Shown one piece after another: positions 29,991 through 39,530 of a stretch of DNA of 64,000 nucleotides (position 1 is its first letter; the number at the start of each line of letters is the position of its first letter). A program made the translations under genes and the position numbers. Below the pieces are notes generated by a model. The model was not told where the DNA came from. It saw only the letters and a program-made list of their open reading frames with translations, and searched no databases. The stretch lies in assembly GCA_963727775.1 (NCBI GenBank), contig CAVSHB010000002.1, positions 608,001 through 672,000 on the forward strand. The letters are read 5' to 3'. Source of the DNA: an uncultured Nitrospiraceae bacterium (GTDB lineage Bacteria > Nitrospirota > Thermodesulfovibrionia > Thermodesulfovibrionales > SM23-35).

Positions 29991-31189
29991 TTATAGATTG
30001 AATATCTTTTTCTGAACTTTCTGTTGAATTCCATAGACTGCTCTCGCCACCACTCTTCCATCGTATTGAGCTTTTTGCCTTGTTCTATATATCCTCTCAA
30101 CTTGTCCGTTCCCGCGAGGATATCGATCGGCATCTTTTTTGCTTCATACTCGTATGGCGGCTTTTTCCATGCGAAATGTTCAGGATAAAGGTCGTGAATA
30201 CTCTTAATGACTGCAACTCCGGTCTTGAACGGTCTGAATCTTTCTCTGTTTACGATATGAATTTGTGCTCCTCCGCATAGTTGACCTGCATATTTTTGAA
30301 AGGTGGGCTGGAAATACATCGGCCTGAAAACTACTCCGGGTAATTTGAAGCTCATGAGAAGACCTGCCAGCTCATCAGGATCTATGAAAGTAGCTCCGAA
30401 TATCTCAAATGGTCTCGTAGTGCCTCTGCCTTCGCTGATATTTGTTCCTTCAAGCAGGCACATCCCCGGATAAACTATTGCTGTATCGAGTGCCGGCATA
30501 TTCGGAGAGGGCATAACCCAAGGCAGTCCGGTGTTATCGAACCACATCTTTCTGTACCAGTTCTGCATTGGTATGAGATGAAAATCCAATGAAGAATAGA
30601 ATTCGTTTCTGAAATAATTTGCAATTTCTCCGATTGTCAAACCATGACGGACAGGCAACGGGCGCTGTCCTACAAAAGACGCAAAATCCATATTCAGGAC
30701 AGGGCCTTCTGTAATAGATCCGCCGATGGGATTCGGCCTGTCGAGTACGACAATCGATTTATTCGCATTAAGACATGCCTGCATGCACAACTCCAGTGTC
30801 CATATGAAGGTATAATAACGGGAGCCCACATCCTGCATGTCGATCACGAGGACGTCTATATCTTTCAGCATGGAGGGTACGGGTTTTCTTGCGCGGCCAT
30901 AAAGGCTGAAAACGGGGAGGCCTGTCTGCTGGTCATGAAACCCTTCCCATTCCACCATGTTGTCCTGGGTTTCCCCTCGTATCCCGTGTTGAGGTCCGAA
31001 GAGCGCCTTTAACGCAAACTTTTTTGATTTGATAAACAGATTGACGGAATGTTCCAGGTTTTTATTTACGGACGCGGGATGTGCAAGCAGACCTATCCTG
31101 GAACCTATTAATTCTTTTGGCCATTTCTTTTCGAAAAGGTCGGCTCCTGATAGGACGCGCTCATGAAATTTCTTTTTATTGATCATCAT
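29987..31189 (-). CDS. namZ: Exo-beta-N-acetylmuramidase (DUF1343/YbbC)
   Basis: LFGPQHG, DMQDVGSRYYT, LDRPNP, SPNMP, SEGRGTTRPFE. Confidence 0.9.
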   Translation of the reverse strand: MMINKKKFHERVLSGADLFEKKWPKELIGSRIGLLAHPASVNKNLEHSVNLFIKSKKFALKALFGPQHGIRGETQDNMVEWEGFHDQQTGLPVFSLYGRARKPVPSMLKDIDVLVIDMQDVGSRYYTFIWTLELCMQACLNANKSIVVLDRPNPIGGSITEGPVLNMDFASFVGQRPLPVRHGLTIGEIANYFRNEFYSSLDFHLIPMQNWYRKMWFDNTGLPWVMPSPNMPALDTAIVYPGMCLLEGTNISEGRGTTRPFEIFGATFIDPDELAGLLMSFKLPGVVFRPMYFQPTFQKYAGQLCGGAQIHIVNRERFRPFKTGVAVIKSIHDLYPEHFAWKKPPYEYEAKKMPIDILAGTDKLRGYIEQGKKLNTMEEWWREQSMEFNRKFRKRYSIYK

Positions 31190-31288
31190 TTATTTTGATT
31201 CTTATTAGTCTACCTTCAAACGGTTATTTTTGAAATATGAATTTACAGCAGATGAGGCTTTGATATGATTAAGTTACGATTAATTCCC

Positions 31289-31415
31289 ATACCCCGCCGT
31301 CTCTGCGGCGGGCACCTTGCGTCGTCGGGGTGCAGGGCGTCGGAGCGAAGCGCAGACCCTTGCCGACCCACGGGGTCTAATACCCCGTGGTGTCGAAACG
31401 AGCAAAGCGAGTTTA
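31289..31415. repeat. GC-rich array of four hairpins (REP-like or mobile-element end)
   Basis: CCCGCCG-TCTCTG-CGGCGGG; GCACC...GGTGC; AGGG...CCCT; CCACGGGG-TCTAATA-CCCCGTGG in AT-rich context. Confidence 0.5.
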
Positions 31416-31464
31416 GTTTATTCCGCTTTGGGCTGGCATTACGCCCCAAGAATTTAAAGAGCCA

Positions 31465-32361
31465 ATGAAGATATTCCAAGGTAAAAACGTTGAAGATAAA
31501 GATGAGATGCAGGACTTATTAGCTCAATTAGCCCAAGTGACAAAAATTGAATGCTCGGATTGCTCGTTAACTATGGAGGAGTTAAATAAACTGAAACAAC
31601 TTTGCAAAGCAGGGGGATTCGACATTGAGCATGATAGGAAAAGAATTGAGGAAGTAATTGACTTTCAGTTAGTTGCTCCAAACGAGACAAAGCCTTTTCA
31701 GTACGTGATTGAAGCCCACTTCCCTTTGTCTCACGGTATTCCATTGCAGCGGTTGATGACAATAATAGAGACGTCCAAAATAGCCACAAAAAGTACTGAA
31801 TCGCGCTTCAGGGATGTTTTCCCGATCTTTGACACGAAAGGCTATAAGTCCATTGGTAATGATGTACTTCTATTAAATGTCTCAAACCAGCCTATTGTCT
31901 CAAATGAAGTTAAACAAACCATATTTGTTAAGTCAAACTCTGTTACCCTCACATATTGGGCGCGCCATTTTCACTGGGAGCAGGACAGAGGTCAGCCAGC
32001 AATAAAACTCAGATATGCACGCGAAATTAACGAGGAAAGCGTCAAGTTATTTCTTTTTTATAGAAAGTTAGCGCTCAATCTCAATCTACCCACCATGACT
32101 GTTAGAATACGCCTCTTTCATGTACAAAATGGTGTCTTATTAACTGATCGCATATATTTCCAGCCATCGATGGAAAGCTTTAGAGCGCCTGATACTAACG
32201 ACGTAGAAATTGAACGTGTCATTAATGTCAACAATGCACCGAAGCAAGAATATACGGACTTATTGATGCACATATGGGAATCCTTCCGATCATCGAGCGG
32301 TAAATATCCTATCCTTAAGGAAGAAGACTTTTCTTGGTTAGAAGATAATCTTGAAATATGA
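31465..32361 (+). CDS. Hypothetical protein, putative gene cassette
   Basis: 298-aa AT-rich ORF with no recognised motif; attC-like site begins 4 nt after the stop. Confidence 0.75.
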   Translation: MKIFQGKNVEDKDEMQDLLAQLAQVTKIECSDCSLTMEELNKLKQLCKAGGFDIEHDRKRIEEVIDFQLVAPNETKPFQYVIEAHFPLSHGIPLQRLMTIIETSKIATKSTESRFRDVFPIFDTKGYKSIGNDVLLLNVSNQPIVSNEVKQTIFVKSNSVTLTYWARHFHWEQDRGQPAIKLRYAREINEESVKLFLFYRKLALNLNLPTMTVRIRLFHVQNGVLLTDRIYFQPSMESFRAPDTNDVEIERVINVNNAPKQEYTDLLMHIWESFRSSSGKYPILKEEDFSWLEDNLEI

Positions 32362-32364
32362 GAA

Positions 32365-32435
32365 GCATAACAGGGTACATATGAGCATCCAACCAGACGT
32401 ACAAGCGGCCAAGCCGCTTAACTCACTGTTATTGC
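32365..32435 (+). mobile_element. attC-like integron recombination site
   Basis: GCATAAC directly after the stop ... GCCGCTTAACTCACTGTTATTGC, resembling the aadA1 attC 3' end. Confidence 0.6.
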
Positions 32436-32498
32436 AATTAGAATAATGCCAAAAGTTCCTTATGTTACGTTATAATGGTTTCTATAAGGAGGTAAATT

Positions 32499-32711
32499 AT
32501 GAATGCAGAATATACAGCAGTAATAAAGCAATCAGGCGATTGGTGGATTGGCTGGATAGAGGAAATTCCGGGTGTAAATTGCCAGGAAGGAACATATGAC
32601 GAACTGCTTGAAAGCCTTCGGCTAACCCTGAAAGAGGCACTTGACTTTAACCGAAAGGACGCTATCGCCGCTGCAGGTTCAGGATATAAAGAAGAAAAAA
32701 TCGCGGTATGA
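32499..32711 (+). CDS. hicB: HicB-like antitoxin
   Basis: YTAVI..WWIG.IEEIPGVNCQ..T.DEL..L.EAL pattern; RBS AGGAGG. Confidence 0.85.
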   Translation: MNAEYTAVIKQSGDWWIGWIEEIPGVNCQEGTYDELLESLRLTLKEALDFNRKDAIAAAGSGYKEEKIAV

Positions 32712-32896
32712 AGCGCAGTGAACTGCTGAAGTATCTGCGGTCACAAAAATGTGAATTTATCAGAGAAGGTAGCCGCCATTCATGGTGGTGGAATCCCAGC
32801 CAGAACAAACGATCCTCCATTCCAAGACATGCTGAAATCGATGATAATCTTGCTCGAAAAATTTGTAAAGACCTCGGTATAGAACAAATAAAATGA
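32708..32896 (+). CDS. hicA: HicA mRNA interferase toxin
   Basis: REGSRH catalytic His, IPRHAEI, ICKDLG; ATGA overlap with hicB. Confidence 0.9.
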   Translation: MKRSELLKYLRSQKCEFIREGSRHSWWWNPSQNKRSSIPRHAEIDDNLARKICKDLGIEQIK

Positions 32897-32897
32897 G

Positions 32898-32986
32898 CTA
32901 TAACACAGCCTTCGACCAGACGCGGATTATAGTAGTAGGCGTAGTGTGTTATTTGAGTCTATAATTCGCCCCGGTGAACCAGGGCG
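32898..32986 (+). mobile_element. Degenerate attC-like site lacking the final GTT
   Basis: CTATAAC directly after the hicA stop; TTCGACCAG/CCGGTGAA and GCGGATTATAG/CTATAATTCGC arms. Confidence 0.5.
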
Positions 32987-33022
32987 AACAAAAAGTGGTT
33001 TGCAAAAACATTTTGTAAGACT

Positions 33023-33778
33023 TCAAGGGATCGTGTCAATCGATGCGAATTTGGGCTCATGCAGAGGGATAAGGATATCCGCCATATCTTTCACTTTCAA
33101 TACGATATCGTATGCTTCATAAGCGTTAACATGAGTGCCCGGAGGAATGACTTCCATCTCCATGGCTTTTATCCTCAGCGGAGGATCAAAGTTTTCCATA
33201 ATAATACAAAAGCCTGTTATTGCGGCTTTCCCCTGGGAAGTATCCACTATTACCGTTAGACCGCCTTTGGTATGCGCCGGCGTGTGGACAACATTAATTC
33301 CCGGAAGAATCTCTGCGTCTCCGGTAACCTTCTTTATCTGTCCCCTTTTTTCTATGTCAAGGATATAATCTTCCATATAGCGGATGTCGAGGGGATGAGG
33401 GTAGTGTATCTGCTCCAATTCTTTCTCATGTATATAAAATACCGCATTAACACATTTATCGTCGTTTTCGCAGTGGTCGCTGTGCAGATGTGTGTGTATA
33501 ACAATGTCGATGTCTTCCGGCTTCAACCCCCATCGCGCCAGTCCCTCCTCAAACTTATAAATCTTTCCCCCGATGGCGCTTTCTCTTTCCTTAGACAATA
33601 GAGGCGCTATTTCTCCGGTATCCACGAGGACTTTTTTGTCTCCGCCTTCCAGATACCAGCAGTAAATGGGGATGGTATACGGTTCGCCATAGCCGTACTG
33701 ATATGTCATCATGCTTTTGTCAAAGGCCTTTGTCCCCATTACGATTGGATGTATTTTGTATTTGTTTAATGTGTCCAT
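33023..33778 (-). CDS. MBL-fold hydrolase, N-acyl-homoserine-lactonase family
   Basis: THLHSDH, TPAHT.G, PLH; RBS AGGAGG. Confidence 0.85.
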   Translation of the reverse strand: MDTLNKYKIHPIVMGTKAFDKSMMTYQYGYGEPYTIPIYCWYLEGGDKKVLVDTGEIAPLLSKERESAIGGKIYKFEEGLARWGLKPEDIDIVIHTHLHSDHCENDDKCVNAVFYIHEKELEQIHYPHPLDIRYMEDYILDIEKRGQIKKVTGDAEILPGINVVHTPAHTKGGLTVIVDTSQGKAAITGFCIIMENFDPPLRIKAMEMEVIPPGTHVNAYEAYDIVLKVKDMADILIPLHEPKFASIDTIP

Positions 33779-33952
33779 ATAATCCTCCTTAATTTATACA
33801 TTATATTATTTAATTATCTAATTATCAAAACATTGAGGGGATATAAAATTTGGTTAATTTCCAACAAATAAGCCACGCGCCCCGAAGAAACTTTCTTTTA
33901 TTGACTTAAAGTCTCTTTTTCTTATATCCTTCCTCTCAAGGAAAAATAATAA

Positions 33953-34570
33953 ATGGGCGTATTCTCAAAAGATCGGGACTTCTTTGCGTTATTTGATAAG
34001 GCGGCAGCCAATGTTACACGAGCGGCCACTGTATTGGTCGCTATTATGGAACACTTTACTAACCTGGATAACTGGGCAAAAGAAGTGCACGAATTAGAAG
34101 AAGAAGGAGATTTAATAACCCATGATATCATCAAGAAATTGAATAAGACCTTCGTTACCTCTATCGACAGGGAAGATATCCATGCCCTGGCATCGACATT
34201 GGACGATATCCTCGACTTCATTTGGGGTACGGCTGAAAGGCTTGCCGTGTTTAAAATGACTGAATCGATGAAAGATGCGGTAATTATGTCAAAAGAACTC
34301 CTCACTACCGTGGAATTGGTCCATAAAGCGATAAAAAAATTGAAGGAAAAAAATTATGCCCAGATGCAGGAATACTGTGTCGAAATCAACAAACTCGAAA
34401 ACAAACTGGACAGAGAATTTAGAGACGCGCTCGGACGTTTATTCGATGAAATAAAAGACCCCGTCCTTGTGATTAAATGGAAAGAGATATATGAGCATCT
34501 CGAAAATGCATCCGATAAATGTGAGGATGTTGCCGATATTTTGGAATCCATAGCCATCAAGACCGCATAA
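33953..34570 (+). CDS. DUF47 (PhoU-like) phosphate transport regulator
   Basis: E.EGD, FVTSIDREDI, LDDILD, LENKLD, LENASD.CEDVAD. Confidence 0.88.
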   Translation: MGVFSKDRDFFALFDKAAANVTRAATVLVAIMEHFTNLDNWAKEVHELEEEGDLITHDIIKKLNKTFVTSIDREDIHALASTLDDILDFIWGTAERLAVFKMTESMKDAVIMSKELLTTVELVHKAIKKLKEKNYAQMQEYCVEINKLENKLDREFRDALGRLFDEIKDPVLVIKWKEIYEHLENASDKCEDVADILESIAIKTA

Positions 34571-34964
34571 TAGCTTTTTTGTTTGCCATAATCTGATTTC
34601 TGAAATTCGTCTGAATTTTATAAACTGTTCCCGTCTATGTTGTTGCAATTTATGATTTCAAAACAGTAGTATCTAATAAATTGGGATTTTAGGAGGAAAA
34701 TAGGATGCAAAATTTCTTTTCGGAGTCATTCGGCCGTAAACATGTTCTCACGCACTTCAGGGCACTTAAATTGTAATTTATTCAGTAATTTTGTTATTTT
34801 AATGATCAGTGAGCCTAATCGAACTATGACAATAAATCAAATGGCTATGACGATTCAATAAGTTCAGGATGACAATTCAAGGCTTTTGCAAGAGCCTCAA
34901 TTGTGTTAATATGACATACAACTTGTGAAGAATTATTTGATTTAAATATCTTATAGGAGCAAAG

Positions 34965-35189
34965 ATGATGGTTGTCAAATTAGACACAACAGGTTCCAGA
35001 TGTCCTCAGCCAATCCTGAAAATCGCTACAAAATCACCCGATATGCAGCCTGGCGATATCCTGGAAATAACTGGGGATTGTCCAAGCTTTGAGAAGGATA
35101 TTCGTGCTTGGTGTATGAGGCTGAGGAAGACGCTTATGTTTATCAGAGATGAAGGTGGTGGCAGGATGAGGTGTCAGATACGGTTTTAG
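34965..35189 (+). CDS. TusA/SirA family sulfur carrier
   Basis: LDTTGSRCPQP, GDILEI.GDC..F..DI.AWC. Confidence 0.88.
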   Translation: MMVVKLDTTGSRCPQPILKIATKSPDMQPGDILEITGDCPSFEKDIRAWCMRLRKTLMFIRDEGGGRMRCQIRF

Positions 35190-35402
35190 ATGTTTGGAGA
35201 GTAAAATCAAGGCTTCTCGAATTTGTTTATCTCAATAATAAGTTTTGGTATTTTTTTATTTGTAGTCTGGAAAATGGATTTGTAATCTGATCTCAATATG
35301 GAGCACCGTTATCGTAACCTTAAGTTAAAGAATTCTCAGCAACAATCTGTTAGTAGAGATTTTAGCGATGTTTCTAAAAAGAAACCCTACGCCCTTACCC
35401 GG

Positions 35403-35432
35403 TTGACTTAATTATGAGCATATGCCTATAAT
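35403..35432 (+). promoter_or_regulatory. sigma70 promoter (TTGACT-18-TATAAT) containing palindrome TTATGAGCATATGCCTATAA
   Basis: Palindrome at 35412-35431; one-mismatch copy at 44895-44914. Confidence 0.7.
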
Positions 35433-35438
35433 TCATTT

Positions 35439-36803
35439 GTGGAGGATATCTTGGCAAAGAAGAAGATGGTTCATTCGGTGGCGACCAAGATTATTCTTGA
35501 CAGCATTGCAGATGGCGTTTTTACCGTGGACAAAGACTGGGCTATCAGTTCTTTTAACCGCGCTGCTGAAGGCATCACCGGTATTACTTCCCGTGAAGCA
35601 ATAGGTCAGAAGTGTTTTGATATCCTGCATGCCAATATCTGCCAGACTGCTTGCGCCCTCCGGAAGACGTTAAAGACCGGCAAGGAGATCATCGATCTGC
35701 CTGTAAACATCCTGGACAAGGAAGGGAAAATTATCCCCATATCGATCAGTACGGCAGTTTTAAAGGATGAAAGAGGGAACATCATCGGCGGAGTTGAAAC
35801 ATTCCGTGATCTCTCTGCATTGGAGGTACTTAAAAAACAGATCTCCCGACAGTATTCTTTTGAAGATATTATCAGCAAGAATTATGATATGCAGGCGATC
35901 TTTGCTATCCTTCCGGATATTGCCGAAAGTGACAGCACGGTGATCATAGAAGGCGAAAGCGGTACAGGCAAGGAACTATTTGCGCGGGCAATCCATAATG
36001 TAAGCAAAAGGAAAAAAGGGCCGTTTGTTGCAGTCAACTGTGGGGCACTTCCGGAGAACCTTCTCGAGCCTGAATTTTTTGGCTATAAACAGGGGGCGTT
36101 TACCGATGCAAAGAAGGACAAGCCCGGACGTTTTGCCCTTGCCGAGGGCGGGACACTCTTTCTGGATGAAGTCGGTGATCTTCCCCTTTCCTTACAGGCA
36201 AAACTGCTCCGCGTTCTGCAGGAGAAAGAGTATGAGCCATTAGGGGCTACCGGTTCGGTTAAGACGGATGTGCGCATCATATCAGCTACCAATCATAATC
36301 TATCGGAGATGGTTTCTCAAAAGACCTTTCGTGAAGATTTGTTCTATCGCCTCAACATTATTAAAATAGTGCTTCCGCCACTGAGAAAACGAAAAGAAGA
36401 TATCCCTCTGCTTGTGGATCATGTGATTAAAAAGTTAGCTGCTGGCAAGGGCAGGAACATTACCGGCATTTCAGATGATGTGCTGCGTCTCTTTATGACT
36501 TATGACTTTCCTGGCAATGTCCGGGAACTTGAAAACCTGTTGGAATATGCATTTGTTATGTGCCGAAATGGAGAGATAAAGAGTGAACATCTTTCGAAAG
36601 ATTTCAGAGAAGCAGTCAAGACAAACACAACTCATTTTCATGACATATATTTACGGGATCGTAACAAAGAGATAGAAGGTGAGTCTATCAAAGAGGTGTT
36701 GAAAAGAAACCTTGGTCATCGTGGCAACACTGCGCAAGAACTGGGAATAGATCCGAGCACGCTCTGGAGGAAGATGAAAAAGCTCGGGGTAGTTGATGGG
36801 TAA
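35439..36803 (+). CDS. PAS-AAA+-Fis sigma54 enhancer-binding protein
   Basis: PAS domain, GESGTGKE, GAFTDA, LFLDE, FREDLFYRL, GNVRELEN, HTH; start 35439 (GTG) or 35451 (TTG). Confidence 0.93.
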   Translation: MEDILAKKKMVHSVATKIILDSIADGVFTVDKDWAISSFNRAAEGITGITSREAIGQKCFDILHANICQTACALRKTLKTGKEIIDLPVNILDKEGKIIPISISTAVLKDERGNIIGGVETFRDLSALEVLKKQISRQYSFEDIISKNYDMQAIFAILPDIAESDSTVIIEGESGTGKELFARAIHNVSKRKKGPFVAVNCGALPENLLEPEFFGYKQGAFTDAKKDKPGRFALAEGGTLFLDEVGDLPLSLQAKLLRVLQEKEYEPLGATGSVKTDVRIISATNHNLSEMVSQKTFREDLFYRLNIIKIVLPPLRKRKEDIPLLVDHVIKKLAAGKGRNITGISDDVLRLFMTYDFPGNVRELENLLEYAFVMCRNGEIKSEHLSKDFREAVKTNTTHFHDIYLRDRNKEIEGESIKEVLKRNLGHRGNTAQELGIDPSTLWRKMKKLGVVDG

Positions 36804-36932
36804 GAATTTATTGCATTAATACAATAGTAACTTGCATCATCTTGCAGTTTTGCAATACATAATTTATATTGCAAAATCTCACTATCCGTAAAGCCGTTTG
36901 ATTTCATATGTAAATTTAACTCTGTATACTGG

Positions 36933-36948
36933 TGGCATCTTCCTTGCT
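36933..36948 (+). promoter_or_regulatory. sigma54 -24/-12 promoter of the mrp operon
   Basis: TGGCAT-CTTCC-TTGCT; TTGCA-N4-TGCAA sites and an IHF-like site upstream. Confidence 0.8.
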
Positions 36949-37169
36949 TACATCCAATAATGAGGATTTATTTGTTTTCCCCTGTATTCTTGTCGCAGGG
37001 CTCCCATTAACTCCTCTATCCTTGAAGGGAACAGAGGTGGAGCGAACGGGTAAAAAAATCGCCTCGTTCGTTGCCATCTCCCTTCAGGAAGGGAAGAATT
37101 TGAAAAGCATTGCCCATCAGTTTACTGATCGGATATTTCGGATATTTATGAAAGAGAGGAATTTATATT

Positions 37170-38060
37170 ATGGACAAGACAACTGATAACAAGGGGATGG
37201 AAAATGCCTGTCCATCCAAGAAACATCCCGGCAAAGATGAGATAGAAGAGCTTAAGGAAAAACTCATGCTTGACCAAAATATTTGCGGTATACGCCATAA
37301 AATACTGGTCATATCAGGCAAGGGTGGGGTCGGGAAAAGTTCTGTCGCTGCGAATATTGCTGTCGGCCTTTCCTTAAAAGGGAAAGGGGTCGGACTCATG
37401 GATATAGATATTCATGGACCGAGTATCCCGAAGATGGTCGGGCTTGAAGGGGCGCCGCTGAGACAGTCCGAAGAAGGATTAATGCCGATAGAATACAGCG
37501 ATAATCTCAAAGTTATGTCCATAGGCTTTCTCATCCGGGACCGGAAAGATGCCGTCATATGGAGGGCGCCTCTGAAGCACAGTCTTATAAGGCAGTTTCT
37601 TACCGATGTCAGATGGGGAGACCTTGATTATCTTATCGTGGACTGTCCACCCGGCACCGGCGATGAACTGATATCGATCGCTCAGCTCCTTGAGGGGGCG
37701 GACGGTGCTGTCATTGTCACAACACCCCAGGACGTTGCACTTAACGATGTCCGTAAATCGATATCTTTTTGCCGTCATGTTAATCTGCCCATTATCGGTG
37801 TTGTGGAGAATATGAGCGGTTTTGTCTGTCCACATTGCGGAGTCACTGCAGATATTTTCAAAACAGGCGGTGGAGAAAAGATGGCGTTGGAGATGGGAGT
37901 GCCATTCTTGGGAAGGATACCGTTAGAACCGAAAATAGTTGAATACAGCGACAGTGGAAAACCTTTCCTGCGGGATTTTGCAGAGACTGAAGCTGCAAAG
38001 GCTTTCGAAGCTATAATAACCCCGCTGTTAAGCATGAGTAGAGAAAAGGAGAAAGAATAA
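37170..38060 (+). CDS. apbC: Mrp/NBP35 Fe-S cluster carrier ATPase
   Basis: SGKGGVGKS, DIDIHGPS, DCPPGTGD, ENMSGFVCPHC. Confidence 0.93.
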   Translation: MDKTTDNKGMENACPSKKHPGKDEIEELKEKLMLDQNICGIRHKILVISGKGGVGKSSVAANIAVGLSLKGKGVGLMDIDIHGPSIPKMVGLEGAPLRQSEEGLMPIEYSDNLKVMSIGFLIRDRKDAVIWRAPLKHSLIRQFLTDVRWGDLDYLIVDCPPGTGDELISIAQLLEGADGAVIVTTPQDVALNDVRKSISFCRHVNLPIIGVVENMSGFVCPHCGVTADIFKTGGGEKMALEMGVPFLGRIPLEPKIVEYSDSGKPFLRDFAETEAAKAFEAIITPLLSMSREKEKE

Positions 38061-38061
38061 G

Positions 38062-38310
38062 ATGCCGACCTATGAATATCTTTGTAATGAGTGCGGCAAG
38101 AGATTTGAGATAAATCAGTCGATGCACGATCTTCCGATCGAAACATGCTCAGAATGTAAGGGAACAGTCCGGCGGGTTATCTCAGGAGGAAGCGGCTTTA
38201 TTTTAAAGAGCGCTGGTTCTGAGCATCCTTCTCAGCCGCGTTGTGGGAAGAGCGAAACCTGCTGTGGCAGCAAAACACCCTGTGAGACGCCTTCCTGTGA
38301 AGAAGGATAA
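38062..38310 (+). CDS. FmdB-family zinc ribbon with Cys-rich tail
   Basis: MPTYEYLCNEC...CSEC. Confidence 0.85.
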   Translation: MPTYEYLCNECGKRFEINQSMHDLPIETCSECKGTVRRVISGGSGFILKSAGSEHPSQPRCGKSETCCGSKTPCETPSCEEG

Positions 38311-38330
38311 TAAAAGACGATAATCTAAAT

Positions 38331-39503
38331 ATGGAAGAGGACGGGAAAAAGGTTGCATTATATTCAACACTGCTGAATGTGGTCTTCCTTTTTCTGAAAA
38401 GCAGCCTTGCCGTTCTTTCAGGAAGCGCTGCAATCATGGCTGAAGCAATCCACAGTTTTACGGATGTTATAGGGAGTCTGACAGTCTTGATGGGGATTTC
38501 AATCTCGAAGAGGAAGTCACCGTCTTTCCCTTGGGGGCTCTATAAGGTAGAGAATATTGCCGCCATCGTCTCTGCCTTCTTTGTACTACTTATGGCATAT
38601 GAACTCGGAAGAAATATTTTTTCTCCGGAAGCAAAGGAAATTGCAAACAGGACTATTTCAGTGGCGGTCCTTTCCCTGATGACAGTGCCGGTTTTTCTTT
38701 TTGCCAAATATGAAAAGAATAAGGCAAAGGGGCTTAACTCTCCGGGCCTTTTGGCCGATGCTCAAAACTGGATGGCAGATATTGCACCGTTGGGCATCGT
38801 GATTATAGGATTTGTAAGTTCAGCAATCTATCCTTCTACTGATAAAATAGCGTCGGCAATTATCATTTTGTTTATTGTCAAGGCTGGCTACGATATTGTA
38901 AAAAATTCCGTGAAGAGTCTTCTTGATGCATCTGTTGATGCTGAAACCATCAAAAAGATGAGGATGATCGTCAACAGTTTCAGTGAGGTTGAGGAGATAA
39001 CCGAATTGAATGCGCGGAATTCCGGGAGCTTCATTTTTGTGCTCCTTAATTTGCGGCTGTCCCTCAAAAAATTAAAAGAAGCTCATGACACAGCAGATAG
39101 AATTGAATGGGCAATAAAAAAAGAGATACCGTTTGTAGACAGGGTCACTATTCATTATGAGCCTGAGAAAAGGGAATTTATAAGATATGCCGTCTCTATT
39201 TCAAATCGCGAAGGAACTCTTTCCAAGCACTTCGGCAGCGCTCCCCTGATTGCCTTCTGGACTGAAAAGATCTCCGATAGAAATGTATTATCACGGGAGA
39301 TATTAGACAATCCTTTTCTCCATATTGAAAAGGGAAAGGGGCTTAGGCTTGCGGAATACCTTGTAGAGAGAAAGGTCGACGTTCTATATCTAAAAAAGCC
39401 TTTTGAAGGCAAAGGGCCTGAATATGTATTTTCAAATTCTGAGGTAGAGGTACGGATAACCGATAAGGAAACAATCAAGCAACTCATGCATGATATAATC
39501 TAA
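38331..39503 (+). CDS. Cation diffusion facilitator fused to a NifB/NifX-like domain
   Basis: HSFTD, TM core, C-terminal dimerisation domain, then SKHFGSAP...NP..KG. Confidence 0.85.
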   Translation: MEEDGKKVALYSTLLNVVFLFLKSSLAVLSGSAAIMAEAIHSFTDVIGSLTVLMGISISKRKSPSFPWGLYKVENIAAIVSAFFVLLMAYELGRNIFSPEAKEIANRTISVAVLSLMTVPVFLFAKYEKNKAKGLNSPGLLADAQNWMADIAPLGIVIIGFVSSAIYPSTDKIASAIIILFIVKAGYDIVKNSVKSLLDASVDAETIKKMRMIVNSFSEVEEITELNARNSGSFIFVLLNLRLSLKKLKEAHDTADRIEWAIKKEIPFVDRVTIHYEPEKREFIRYAVSISNREGTLSKHFGSAPLIAFWTEKISDRNVLSREILDNPFLHIEKGKGLRLAEYLVERKVDVLYLKKPFEGKGPEYVFSNSEVEVRITDKETIKQLMHDII

Positions 39504-39530
39504 TCAATAAATATAGTAGGTATAAAAACC

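Noticed and set aside
31243..31479. Short ORFs on both strands over the hairpin array
   Set aside because: No RBS or motif; by-products of GC-rich palindromes
34705..34776. 23-aa ORF behind AGGAGG
   Set aside because: No recognisable features; cannot be supported without conservation or Ribo-seq data
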